From Rozella allomycis CSF55 (Eukaryota), in assembly GCA_000442015.1 (NCBI GenBank), contig KE560384.1, positions 1-64,000 on the forward strand: a stretch of DNA of 64,000 nucleotides. The letters are read 5' to 3'. Of this stretch, positions 10,439 through 23,671 are shown piece after piece (positions within the stretch are counted from its first letter, which is position 1; each line of letters starts with the position of its first letter). Both the position numbers and the translations under genes were made by a program. The notes beneath the pieces are model-generated. The model saw only the letters and a list, made by a program, of their open reading frames with translations. It made no database searches and had not been told where the DNA came from.

Positions 10439-12051
10439 ATGGCCACTAACAAAAATTCTGGCATTGCAAAATCTTTGACAGACAATTTCATTGAAATATC
10501 ATTAGGGAGAGATAATTTTATTAACACAAAAAAGGATCAAAATCACAAATTGGAATCAAAGGATGCAATAGGAGACGCAAACATCAAAAGAAATCCGAGG
10601 TTGCATGATGCACAACCTATATCTCCAAGGAAGAAACCGAACCTTGGAATAGATACGTTGAACATTTCTTTTGGGAATCACAGTTTCCATCAAGTTGGTG
10701 AAAGCACTAATTTTGTATCTATTAGCCCAATCACTGGATCCCCGCTTCAGGTTCAAAGTCCAAAATCGCCTATGTAAATTTATGTTTATTTCACTTACTC
10801 AGTGTAGTAAAATCATCTTTAGATAAAGGTATTTCTCTGACACGACAGAGGTAAATGGGTCTTGGTGCTTCTTGATAGAAATCTACCACCAAAAGACAAA
10901 GTAGAAGAAGCAAGACACATAAAAGAGTATAATAAACTGATGAGTAATGCAAGAATGAAAGAAAGGCTTAAAAATGAACGCATTAAAGAGCTTGAAACAA
11001 AACGAGAGCAAAGAATGTTAGAGGCGTTGAAGAAATGGAGAAAGTTATTACCGAATTGGTCCAATATGTAATAATGGAAGTTATTTTCATGTTAGAAGAC
11101 GAGACCATAACATGATAAAGTTGTGGGAGATTGGACTCCCACCAAAAGTCAGGGGCTCAATTTGGATGCTTGTTCTAAAATCGGGCGAATCTATAGGTAA
11201 GATATTGAGATTTGTTTAATGGAAGAGTTTAAAGCACTTGTACAATCTGCATTGCAAATTTTGGAAAATCAAAAGAACCACAGTACAGCTGGTATTGAAC
11301 GAAAATATGTTCATGACGTTAAAAGCCTGGAAATTGACATTGCCAAAACACTCCCCGAGTTGAATTTATTTCAAGTATCATGTCCAATGTATGATGATCT
11401 CAAAGAAGTTTTATTGGCGACAGCTCTTTCGTTGATAAATTATGGATACGTAAATTGAAGCCTTGTTTATGATAGAAAGCGGGAATGGCTAATCTAGCAG
11501 CGATGTTTCTCTTGAATATGAACAAGGAGTGTGCATTCGAATGTCTTTGTAGATTATTTGAGCGCAATTTTTTTCAAATTATACATTCTTCGGATGCTGA
11601 TAAAGTAATTTTTGAATTGATGGATAACTTTTGACTGTTCCCCTTTTGAAAGTATATAGAATTGTATTTCAAAAGAACATTCCAGATCTCTATAGTGCCT
11701 TTATGGCTCTTGAATTGCACGAAAATACGTATCTTGTTAAATGGTAAGTAAATTGAAATCGCAATAAAGGCTTGTGTCAATGTATACTACGCTTTTCCCA
11801 TTGGAAATAAGCAGTCGAATTTGGGATTGTGTATTTTTATATGGCGAAGTGTATCTTTTCAAAGCTGCACTAGGTAAGATTTAATATTGCGAATAGTAGG
11901 GTATCTAAAGTTGATAAAACCAAAAATTTTAAACCAGAGTCTGGAGTGGATTATGCCCATGTTGAAAAAGAGTCTTGCCATTGAAGAAAATCAACTATTT
12001 GAAAAAATCAATAGTATTCGTATTGATGATGATGCGTTTTGCGGATTTTAG
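10439..12051 (+). CDS. TBC-domain protein, TBC1D12/14-like (multi-exon)
   Basis: NLPPKDKVEEARH, GLPPKVRGSIW, MFLLNM and FPLEISSRIWD motifs after removing 26-29 nt introns. Confidence 0.85.
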
Positions 12052-12202
12052 TTGACTGTAATAAATCAGAGTCGCTATCTATAATTTACTGGGAGTGGCA
12101 TTAAACATGAGGATTTTAATATTTTTTTAACATCATAACATCATAATATTTTTCTAGTTTAAGCGCTAAAGTGTTAATTTTCCGTTAAAGGAAACCCCTG
12201 TC

Positions 12203-13954
12203 ATGAGTACTGTAGAATTTGAAAGCCAGTTAAAAGAAGCCCTTTCACGCAACCCCCATGATTTTAGTGCATGGGAGCAGTTATTGCAAGTGAACGAGAC
12301 CAAAGTAGCGAAAGCGTTAGCTGAAGCGCCTAGAACAAAGATGACGATAGATACTATGCCAGAGTCACTTAGAAGAGCGATTCAAGGAACACAAAAAACA
12401 TATGATGAATTTCTGGGAAGATTTCCGTATTGCTTTGGATATTGGAAAAAGTATGCCGAGTTTGAGATGGTACACGAGGGAGATGTGAAGGCGAGAGAGG
12501 TAAAAGTATTTTTTTAAAAATAAATCAGGTGTATGAGAGAGGGGTTGGAGCGTTTCCGAACAGTGTTGATTTGTGGATTCAATACTGTACGTTTGTGACC
12601 AAGATAACGAAGAATCCAACTGAGGTGAGGGGGTTGTATGAAAGGGGAGTTGAGTGTATTGGATTAGATTTTATGGCGCATTCATTTTATGATATATATT
12701 TGGAGTGGGAGGAGAATCGTGCGATTGAGCAAAACAGTTATTCGAGGACGTTGTCGTTGTTGGATAGACTGATAAGGATTCCGATGCAGCAATACCAACG
12801 ATATTATGAAAGATATCAACAGATAGCGAATGTGAGAAACGCGAGGGAAATGGTGTCAGCGGAGGAGTATCAAGTGTTGAGAAAGAGGGTTATTGGAGAG
12901 ATGAAGACGAGACAAGTGAAGAACATAGTAAATAGAATGTGAAATGGTTATGAATAGAGAGATGATGCTGTGGATTCAGAAATCAAACAAATTGTGTTGA
13001 ATGACAGAGCAGGGGTATTTTCTATTACAGAAGAAAAAGTAAAGAAGAGATGGCAATTTGAAGAAAACATTAAGAGGCCATATTTCCACGTGAAGCCATT
13101 AGATGAAGGGCAGATCATCAATTGGAATAAATATTTAGATTTTGAAGAGAGCGAAGGAGACGCCGTGAGAATAATTTCATTGTATGAAAGATGTTTGATT
13201 TCTTGTGCGTTTTATGAAGAATTTTGGATTCGCTATTCCAAATATTTGATCTTGATTCAAGATTATGAAAGAGCAGAAAATGTTTTCATTAGATCTGTCT
13301 ATACTTTTATTCCAGAATCTCAACCAAAATGTTTAATTAGTTTTGTCTATTTCAAAGAAAGTCAAGGTACCATGTGGCATAGTTATTTAATCTAGGTACC
13401 ATGTGGCTGAGTGATCTAATCTAGGTAAAATAAATGAAGCGAGAGAATTATTGAATTATTATTTACAAAAAAGACCAGGGCAGTTGCAAGTATTAATTGA
13501 ATATGCCAACTTTGAAAAGAGGAATAAATCTTTTCAAGATGGATTGAAGTTTATTTCCAGTTGGTTGGAAAGCGTTGATGAAGTTTCAAAGCCTTTTCTT
13601 TACTCCTTCTTGGCCAAAAATATTTGGATTTACAATAAAGAAATTAACAAAGCAAGAGAAATGTTCATTAAAGGAATCCAAGAAACAACCGATAAATTTT
13701 TACTCTTTCAATACATTCAATTTGAAATCACAAATAACAATCTAGAGTCAAAAGAAAATGTTTTGAATATTTTTAATTTAATCAAAGATTATTCTTTTCC
13801 AATTCACATCAAAAAACAAGTCGTTGAGAAAATTTGTGATTTTTTAATAGATTGTGGCTGTGCAATGAAAGAGTAAGAAATTTCATGTTCTATTTTTAGA
13901 ATTTCTGATTTCGAAATTTCCAGTTTGAAAGAAATTCTAAATTTCAAAAATTAA
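12203..13954 (+). CDS. PRP39: U1 snRNP HAT-repeat protein Prp39
   Basis: FPYCFGYWKKYA, IGLDFMAH, IKRPYFHVKPLD and LYERCLISCA motifs. Confidence 0.93.
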
Positions 13955-13989
13955 AAGTAAAATTTTAAATTAGTTTATTTCTCAATTCT

Positions 13990-15803
13990 TTAAATTTGTC
14001 TTTGAACTCTTTCCACTTTGTCTTGTTGTTGAATTGCCAATTTCTTAAGGAATGGCAATCCCTTCTTCTTTCTCTTTCCTTGATAGGCGGCATCAACAAT
14101 CTTCCATTCTTCTGGCAGAGGATCTTTACTTTCCCTTGCAATTCTTTCCATCAATTCCCAATTCAACTCCACTTTGATTTCTTCTTCCTTTACTTCTTCT
14201 TCTTTCGTCTTGTTGTACAAAGACTCTTTAAATTCTCTTAAATACGATTGAATAGCGAATGCGTCATCTCTCTCTGCTCCAATCTTCATTACTCTCTCAA
14301 ACGTTCTTGGTGAATATCTGTAGCCAAATTCATACAGCTTTCCATGGATTGAATAGAAAAGATGCGCTTTGATTCTCCTAAACTTTGCCAGCATCGTCAA
14401 ATATTTTATTATTGTTTCATCACTAGTCCACGTATCAAACGGTAACAATGTTGTTCTAATCAAAAACTTTTCCACAGTTCGCTCCTTTTTCTTTTCTCTA
14501 TTCTTGAACAAACTTTCAACCAAACTCGTCAACTGTCCATGATGACTCTTCTTACGCACATCATCACACTTTTTAAACACATCCTCTATCTTGTCCAAAT
14601 ACTGATTCACAAATGCAAACAGTATCTTGTTCTCACTCACAGTCTTGAAATTACCTAACATCAATCAACATCTCTCTTACTCAACAATGTCAACATTCTC
14701 TCAAACATCATTCTTCTTCCTAGCACCCCTGCTTTACTCATCACACTAAACCCCGTACCTGACTCAGCCATCAAATCAATCAATTCCACATAACTCTCCC
14801 GCAAAACATTCCCTGAATTAAAATACCTGGAACTCACAAACAAACACATCACTTCCTCTCCCGTTAGGTATCCCCCATCATAAAACTTTCGGAGTCCATC
14901 CAACACTTGCTCTCCACTAACTTCAGCTTTATCAACAAACGCTTCCATTATATCCAATCCCCTAACCATATCGCCATTTTCTTTCATCTTTTCATTCATT
15001 TTCACATTCCTCAACGCATTCTCATACGTGTTGCTTGTATTCGCAAAAACATCAACAACATATTCCGCTGGCAAATAAATTCCATCTTTCATGGAATCCT
15101 CAATCAAATTTATCGCACTCTCATATTTGCGCTCAGCTACAAACCTCTTAAGGAATTCTTCATCAACAGTTCTTCTTTTCAGCCCCTTGAATCCTTTCAT
15201 TGCAATCCTCTTGAACTTTAAGAAATCAAGATTTGTTCCAGCTAAATGAACAAAGAACTCTCTTCCAAACTCTTCTTCAGTTACTTGATACTTTGCGTAA
15301 TCTATCGATCCAATCACACGCGAAAATTCATCAGAATCTTTTTCAGCCAACATTATCAAATATTTGCTCAACAACCACTTGTCTGCATCATACCCAAGCA
15401 TCATTCCATCAAGTAGCATCTTCATGGCATAATAGTCATTGCTATCCTCTTCACTCATACCCTCTTTCTGTGAATATTTCAATTCAATCATATTCTTCAC
15501 CTCTTCATCTGTTGGTCTATTCACAAGGAATGTTAACCCCTTAACACTCATCCCAGATAGCACTGCACTGATTGTATACTTGTAAAATGGAAGTGTAATT
15601 AAATTTTTATAATTTCGATTAACATGCTGGAACAAATTAAATGCTGGTAACGCTTCCCTTTCATGCGCGTATTTAGATATAGTCGTTAAATATGGGTTGT
15701 CTTTTAAATCGTACAATGTAGAATACAATTTTGGGGCATTTACAGTAAACTTTGGGGTGCAAAGAACGCCTCTCTTTAATACATTGCGAGTTATTAACTT
15801 CAT
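13990..15803 (-). CDS. Hypothetical helical-repeat protein, possibly mitochondrial (2 exons)
   Basis: Two long ORFs joined by a 26-nt GT-AG intron near 14655-14680; basic N-terminus MKLITRNVLKRG resembles a presequence. Confidence 0.55.
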
Positions 15804-15882
15804 TGTATTACCCCTGCAATATCCAGTTATGGAAGGACCAAATAGCAAAACATGCAAACAAATTAAAGTGTAATAAAAATAT

Positions 15883-18309
15883 TTATAAAGTAATATTAAC
15901 ATCTCTAATTTCATTCACGATAGAACTGGCTTTGCGGTAGACTTCAAGCATAGTCTTGCACTTTGCTCTTTCTTTGGCTATCAATTCATCTTCTTGCAAA
16001 AGTTCATTAAAAAAGTCTTCCTTATAAAGCTCTTGAACAAGCTGATTTTGAAGCATCTCTTTGCTATAATTTACTAGAAAATGCATTATTGCTTTTGGTA
16101 CAGAATCTTGAAGGTTTTTGCGCACGACGTTAAAGTATGATTCAATAAGAGATTCTATGTTTGATTTAAAGAAAAAAGGTACTGATAAGTTGAGTTTCTA
16201 CTTGCTCCTTTTCAGACATGTTGCTTGTGTCTTCTAACACAGATGGGGGCTTATGTAACGGATTAGTCATTCTTACTTGTTCTAACTCTAAATTGGAAAG
16301 AGTCATATCCATCAATTCATCGTCTAAAACTCGAGTTTCTTTTTTCACTGGCGCCATAGCCCGAACAGGTGAAGACATTCGTTTATTCTTTATATGCTCT
16401 TCTTGATTATGATTCACACCAAATAAATAATGTAAAAATCCACCTTCTTGGCCTTTATTGATTCTTCTTCTTGCCTCTGCTGTAACTGGAAGGCCAATTG
16501 ACCCTGGTAATTGCGTTGAATTTGTAAATTGCGGGTCAGTGTTTTCATCAGCAACAATTCTTTCTTTAGTGGGCTGATTTGTCAAAAATAATGTATCTAC
16601 CTTTTTCTCTAGAGTCTCAGTTCTCTTGCTTTCGTGCATTTTTCCCAAAGCTTGTATTGCAGCTGCGGCACCCATAAAGTCTGGATGGTTTGTATTAATG
16701 TACGCAAGCTCAATTCTAACCAAATTTTCAATCATCGAACTGGTCTCATTTAATCTATTTTTAACCAGTTCGCTAGAAGCATCAATGACCTTTTTGTGCA
16801 AATTCGGAAACCTAAATAATTCCTATGTGGAGATAAAAATTGAATTTACCATTGATTCACTTTGGTGAAGAATTTTAATCAGTTCATCGTAAACAAGCTC
16901 CATACAGCGCATTCCTGGATATTCTAATCGTTCAATTTGCCTCTTCACGAGAATCTCAAATGATATTTCAGGCACGAATAGGCATGACCTAGGACCCTAA
17001 ATTCAGTCATTTTTTTATTAATACAGTTGAATTACGAATAACAGTTCTGATATCGTTTATACTTAATCCTCCACAAGGGTCAATATTGTATAACGCGTTT
17101 CTGTAAATTTCGTTAAAAATGAAATTAATGCGCGCGCCGCCACACCTTTTGAATTAGTTAAATAATCTTTACAACTCGCTTGTTGAAATGTTTTTGGAAG
17201 TTCCATCCACAGCGTCACAAAAGTCATTTGAGAATTTTGTTATCAATCTCAAAAGCAATGTACCCTATTCTTTCTTTTAATGCATCATTACTCTATGGGC
17301 ATTCCCTTGGAAGTTGGGGTCGCCATAGCCCATTAATTCATGTTGTGTGCTTACTACAAGACTATTTATCTTATTCTTCAATTCAGGCAACCGATCTCTG
17401 ATATGTGCAACCAATATTTGATTTAAAGATCTCGCCAAATAAGCCGAGCCACACCGATGAGCGATACCTCTGTATTGCGGATGATGTCGAAAAAATTCTA
17501 ATTCTTTTTGCATAGCGTCTATCACATTTTTTTGTTCATTTATATCTTTTTGACTTCTATTAACAACCCCGATGAATCCCAATTTCAACTTAAAAGGACC
17601 TTTATTGCACAAAATATCATGGGCACTTGTCCCCTGGTCCATTAAATCCAATTTGGTTAAAACACCAATCGTTCTTAATCCTTGTGGATCAACTTCCCGC
17701 GCAAATTTTAAAGACTCTGAATTGACAATATCTATATTAGCAGGTGTCACAGCCAGTAGAATCGAATTAGGGCGCGAAGAATATTCATAAATCATTTCTC
17801 TGATTTGTTGCTCAATGTCATCAGGCTGATCTCCGACTGGAATCTTATTATTCAATATTTTAATTTTTTACTTTTGTTATTCCTGGGAGATCTACCAGAG
17901 TTAAATTCAACACTTTTGTGGAATAAATCTTTAAATGTATAGGAGTCTTTGATATTCCTTTATTATTACCCGCAATTCTCTGTGTTTCCTTTTCAATTTC
18001 TTTTCTTATTTCATTAAAATCCGTGTATATTAATTCTGGGCTGTGTAAGAAGACGCCCCATTCTTCAACTCCTGCCATATTAATAGCATTTTGATATGAT
18101 TCGTTTATGAGCTGCAACACTAGAGGTCTCCTAGTAACTATATCGTTGCCTCTTGGAAGAAAATCCCTTTGGACAAGGGACTCCAAAACGGAAGACTTGC
18201 CACTACTTTGAGAACCTACAACTACGATTTGGGGAAGATCAATAGGGTCGTGGGAAATAACATTAAAAACATCTTGCAACTTGTTTACAATAGGTATTAA
18301 ACTTTCCAT
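15883..18309 (-). CDS. DNM1: Dynamin-related mitochondrial fission GTPase Dnm1/Drp1
   Basis: [38 protein letters not shown] and a C-terminal GED; 6 introns of 27-28 nt. Confidence 0.9.
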
Positions 18310-19089
18310 TTTGTAACTGGCAAATCGAAAATCGGAAATTCACAATTCATATTGTTCAAACTATTGTTTTTTGAATAAAACCATCATATAAGGGTAGAAA
18401 AGACTGTGGAGAAGGGATGATTCAGTGAAATCCCTCAATCAAAAAACTTTGGTTGCCTAAAATCTCTATGGTATCGCCACAACTGCTGATGTAAATAGAA
18501 CCAATTTGGAATTTATTCTTACTTGGGCATAAATCTCAACTAAGTAAATGAACGAAATTCTTGGGATGATTAAACAAATTTATTTGATTGATTGATTTAA
18601 GTAATGTCTTCACATTCGTGGCAGTGAATTTTAGAAAATTTTTCTTTGAAAACACCAATTAACTCAGAATGTATCAGTCAAATTAAATAATCAATTCTCT
18701 CTTGCATCAATCAATGGATCTTGAATTCTTTTGCGAAAGTCTCCCAACGAGCCAACACTATTCCAAGATTAAGAGTTAAGACATGATCTTCGAGTCATCA
18801 TCTTTCTTGTCATTGAATTGCTTCAACCTTATTTTAAGAAACTGTCTAGCAACGATATCGTTTATGCTCGATAGAACACCGTGATAAGTTAATGAATGTG
18901 GTACAGGATATAAAATTGGAAATATCTTTGTAATTTGCTCACAAATTCAAAAAGGAATCATATTTTAAAACTTTGTTGTGTGACACTGACTTCCAATTGC
19001 TAATGCTTTCCAATTACACCTATTTTACAATAAAATAGAAATGGAAATTTTTAGTTTCAACTTTCTTAGTTTGTTTATTTTGAAATTTC

Positions 19090-20594
19090 ATGACCGTTGT
19101 TGTAAGCTTTGGAAACAAACTATTTCGGAGAAATATATACTTTTCACTATTCACAATCGCTTCATTTGTTATTTGCTTGGCATGGTATAATTCACGAGCG
19201 GTAGATGATATTCATTCAAATGAAAATGAAAAGTAACTCGATATTTATTTTATATCACCAGTATTAATCCAATTAATTCCGTGGTTGTTGAAATTCAGGA
19301 TATAATTAATAATCAAGAAGGCATAGGTGCGATTTCAAAAGAATATAAATCTACGGACATAACGGATTTGGCGAGGTCATCATTTTTCTGCTTTGATCAA
19401 AAATCTAGAAACGCTAGTTGCCATTTTACCAACGTATGTGTCCATCCGACTCATGGGCCAATGTTATTATCTGCCAATCTTAGTGAATTGAGTAGAAACG
19501 ATGTGTTCATAACAAAGAACCCGATTTATGGTATTAATGAGAGAGAAAAAATGAATCCATTATTGCCGGGCGTAAATTTGGTGGCTGCGAACACTTGGGA
19601 CGACCGCTACTATTTTCCAGCCGTTCTACATAACAAACAAGATGACCGAAATTCTAGAAAAATGGATATCAATGAGTATCAATTTGAAATGATTTATGAT
19701 ACTGTCTTGCTTGTTTATTCTGAATACAGTTGGTATCATCTTAGTCATTACATAATGAACCTAATTAGGCCAATGATTAATATTGTTTTAAACAATAAGG
19801 AATTAATTGAACAACAAAATTTCTTAACTGAATTTCAAGAATTGGTGAATATAAATGCAAGTTTTAGTCCATATTTCTTTACAGAATCAATGAAATGGAG
19901 GACTACCGGGTATTTCTATGCGATTTCACGACCTGCATTTTCACCTCATTTCTTGGTGGATGATTTTTATATAGCCGATTTGTCAAATGTTGTTAAAAAT
20001 ACTTCTTTTTCAGATAATAATAAAGTACGGTGCTTTCAAAAAGGAATTGCAGGGGATTCCAGTTCGTTTCAAAGAATTGAGTGGGGAATTGAAAGATGGT
20101 TGTTAGTCAAAAATAAAATTTTGGACTATTTTAAAATTATTCGCGATGAACGGCAAGCAAAGACTCAGATTCCTCATTGTATTGTAGTTCAAAGAAGAAA
20201 GACCAGGGTTGTAAAAAACATGGACGAGTTAATTAAAAGACTACAGACTAAAATAGCTATTAGATTGGTGGAATTAGAAGACATGAGTTTTACCGAGCAG
20301 CTGCAAATGTTTTCAAGATCGAAATGCCTCATTGCCGCGCATGGTAATGCATTAGGCAACATGATATTTTTACAAACGCGTCCGATAGTATTTGAGCTGA
20401 CTCTTGGAATCAGTGACTGGTTTTGGACGATGGCCAAGGAAATCGAGTCGGAATATGTGTATTTAGAATTTCATTCAAAGGATTTTGGATTACCTGAAGA
20501 AGTTGGAATGCCTATAAAAGATAGAAATTTCATTGTAGACATTGACCGCGTAGAAGAAGCTTTGACGTCTAGACTCTCTTTGTTTGATAAATAA
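19090..20594 (+). CDS. Glycosyltransferase family 61-like type II membrane protein
   Basis: N-terminal TM exon, then a 29-nt intron; C-terminal EQLQMFSRSKCLIAAHGNALGNMIFL motif. Confidence 0.75.
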
Positions 20595-20622
20595 ATTGTA
20601 AATTCAAGAGTTAAAATTTTAT

Positions 20623-22065
20623 TTACATTAATTGTGAGCTTTCGGAACGCTTTATTTTGTTTCTTTGTTTAGAAAATAAAGAATTGAAACTTTTAGACCT
20701 TGGGACAGTGGGATATTCCAGGTTAGGGAGAGAAGGTGCCTCCATCAAGGAAGTCAATGGAATAATCGAATCATTTACATTAGATGTGTTTAAACCTATT
20801 GAACTTCTTGTCTTTGTAGGGCTACTCGTCTTGGTACTTATAGTAGCGTATGCATTGACTATGGACAAAGTCGAACTTGTCTTGGAAAGTGACGTTGCAG
20901 GCTTCCTTTCAAACATTGCAACTTGTCTTTCATCTTCAGTATCCCAATGCCGTTTGCATAGCTTATAAATGATTGGCACATGATGATCGCCCCTGGTCAT
21001 AACCTTGCCACGCCTCACGCAGCATTCAAAATATGGTCCCCCGCAAAATGTACATTCATTGGCTGTAAGAATGTAATCTTTTAAAATATCGGGAAGAAAT
21101 TTAATTATCGGCAAACTATGTCTTATAATTGACCGAGCACAAAGTTCCTTTAGAGATGGTGAAGCAAAGAAACATTCAAAGCCAGGCATAACTTCAAGTA
21201 AAGGGCATTCATCAAGAGAAAGATAACGTAGCAAATGAAGTCTCGAAATTTCAGCAGGTAAAAACTCTATAGGATTTCTTGAGAGGTCCAATGTGGTGAG
21301 CTTTTCTAGCTGGCCGATTTCTTGGGGTATTTCACGGATTTTATTCCCATCCAAACAAAATACGGATAATTCTTTTAAAGCCACGATAGATTTCGGAATT
21401 TCTGTCAATTTGTTGTTCGAAACTCTCAATTGTTGCAACTTTTTCAGAAACCCAATACTCTCTGGAAGTTCACTCAAGTTGTTTTGACTTAGCGTCAAGA
21501 CGCTCAAATTTTTCAAATATCCAATTTCTACCGGCAATGTTTGAATTTCATTGCAGCATAATTGAAGAACTTGTGCTTGCTTTAATAGCCCTATATTAGA
21601 TGATAATCGAGCTAAATTCTGAGAACACATTCCAATCTTCACAGTAGATGATAAACTCTTAAAAGTAACGGGCTGCAACCTGACCTTTTTAGCGCGCTTT
21701 CTTTCAATGTCTGGCTTTACTGATGATAATTTAGTCATAATTTCAGTAAGTTCCTCAATATCATTCACTTTATGCAGCCTTGATATCAATTCATTGTCAA
21801 GTTCAATTGGATTTTCAATTGATCCGTCGGTATATGAATCCTCCTTGTTAAAATGTTCCACCAGATATTCTTTAGGGAGTGGGACATTCATATCCTGATG
21901 ATTACATACAGCAGGCAGTGAAAATGACCTTGGCCTTCCTGTTTCGTCGTTATCAATTTCAGTCAATCCTCTCAATTTAATCGTTTTGATTTTACCTGAT
22001 ATTGGCGATGGTATAGAATATCCAAATACAAAATAATCAAATTGTTTGCTACTCGAGACTCCCAT
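20623..22065 (-). CDS. Leucine-rich repeat protein with BC-box-like and Cys-rich C-terminus (LRRC58-like)
   Basis: LRRs, PSLKELCAR, CTFCGGPYF; MGVSSS N-myristoylation motif. Confidence 0.75.
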   Translation of the reverse strand: MGVSSSKQFDYFVFGYSIPSPISGKIKTIKLRGLTEIDNDETGRPRSFSLPAVCNHQDMNVPLPKEYLVEHFNKEDSYTDGSIENPIELDNELISRLHKVNDIEELTEIMTKLSSVKPDIERKRAKKVRLQPVTFKSLSSTVKIGMCSQNLARLSSNIGLLKQAQVLQLCCNEIQTLPVEIGYLKNLSVLTLSQNNLSELPESIGFLKKLQQLRVSNNKLTEIPKSIVALKELSVFCLDGNKIREIPQEIGQLEKLTTLDLSRNPIEFLPAEISRLHLLRYLSLDECPLLEVMPGFECFFASPSLKELCARSIIRHSLPIIKFLPDILKDYILTANECTFCGGPYFECCVRRGKVMTRGDHHVPIIYKLCKRHWDTEDERQVAMFERKPATSLSKTSSTLSIVNAYATISTKTSSPTKTRSSIGLNTSNVNDSIIPLTSLMEAPSLPNLEYPTVPRSKSFNSLFSKQRNKIKRSESSQLM

Positions 22066-22148
22066 CGGTGTTTGTTTGTTTTTGTTTACAATTTGTAAAT
22101 GAGTAATAATACGCTATTTCAGGACAAATGCAAACCAATTTGGAAATT

Positions 22149-23627
22149 TCAAAACGATTTATTACTATTTTTTCGTGACATGAAATCGCGTTGACTTGGC
22201 CATGGATGATACGACCCTTTTATTCAAAATTTAGTGAATTACCAAGGTAGCTTTCGCCATCCCCTGCGCGCTCATGTTTAATCGGACCATCTAGATATAC
22301 CAAGTCAAATCCACCAACTTTAGGCCTTTCTTTCTTGTCGTACAAAGGGAATCTATAAATAAAATCAAAGTTGCCTACTTCTTTTCCATGTCGATTATGT
22401 CGAAACAATCATTCAGAACCTGATGCTTCAGTTCATAATCCATTTGTGTTTCGGCACTAAAAGAAGGGGACGCATTTACTTCCAGCAACCATCTTTACTA
22501 GACACTAATTCAAATTTACGGGTTCAAAGTATTGTCAATCAACACATCGTATCCGTACAATTCGAAACAATGTTTGTCTTGTATCATAACTTTTTGAACA
22601 CATAATAATGATCTAATTATCATTGCCTCTATTTTTCCAAACAAAGATTTGCACTCTTTTTCGCCGTGCTTTGTCATTATAAACATTTTCAGGTTTCGCA
22701 AGAGCCATTTGCATCCTCTTTCCCCATCGTAATTCGGTGCCGTCTTTTGGACTGCAACATTTGTGGCATGTATATACAAATTCGATAAATCTTTTGCGTC
22801 TGATGAGTAGGTAGAGTTTGAAAACCGGCAAAATCCATTTCGATGTATGTAAACCGTCAATGGTGAGTAAGACGTGACCAAAACATAAATTCTCAAGTCG
22901 AATTTTTTCCCTCCGATCAAATATGGATTGTCTATGTATTTTTGCACAATATAAGCTTCCGGCTCTATTCTTTCATTTGCAGAATTTGTCTTTGGGTCTT
23001 TCCTCCATTGGCTGATTTGACTGAGTTTATTAATTAAGAAAATCCCTTTTCCCTGCGCTTTTCCTACCGGTAAATTTGCATCATTAAAACTTTACTGGTT
23101 TCATGATCCACAATGACCCAGGATTTCTTTTAAATTCTTCTTGAAACATTGCATGCTCTTGAGGCAAGACGAAACTCGTTGAAATAAATTCGAATCTAAA
23201 ATCCTTATAAAGTATTAATACTTGGACGCTTCTTGTCTTCCAAACTCTCTTTCTATATACCGTACCATCCTTTTGACATTCTTTACAAGGAAATCCTTTC
23301 TTGTAAGCTGTTCTTTACAGTATATAGGAATTTACCTCGTAATGATTTCGGAAGTGGTTTATTCTTTGATGATCCAACAAATGTATTGTGTCGAAGACTT
23401 CATGGACCCAGAAAACATCAGCCCAGTGAAAATCCCAATCTGTTTCATATTGACCCGTACTTATCAACAATATTTGTTATCTATTACGTGGAAACGTCTT
23501 TCCAACCTCTATCTTTCATAACGTCGTATATAGTATTGTTCATGTGTGTTCTAAAACGAATTACACTGAAAACTATTAAATATCAAAGTTACGGACTCTT
23601 TTCTTCATCTTTGGCATTGGCGAACAT
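22149..23627 (-). CDS. TTLL9: Tubulin polyglutamylase TTLL9-like
   Basis: NHFRNHYELTRK, WIMKP..QGKGIF, KFDLRIYVLVTSY, FELYGYDV and WLLEVNASPS motifs. Confidence 0.85.
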
Positions 23628-23671
23628 AAAATGGAATGTAAATGAAAAGTATAAACAAAAAGTTCATTTAT

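Noticed and set aside
18320-19080. Unusually long intergenic gap between DNM1 and the GT61-like gene
   Set aside because: I could not build a spliced ORF or structured RNA; left unannotated.
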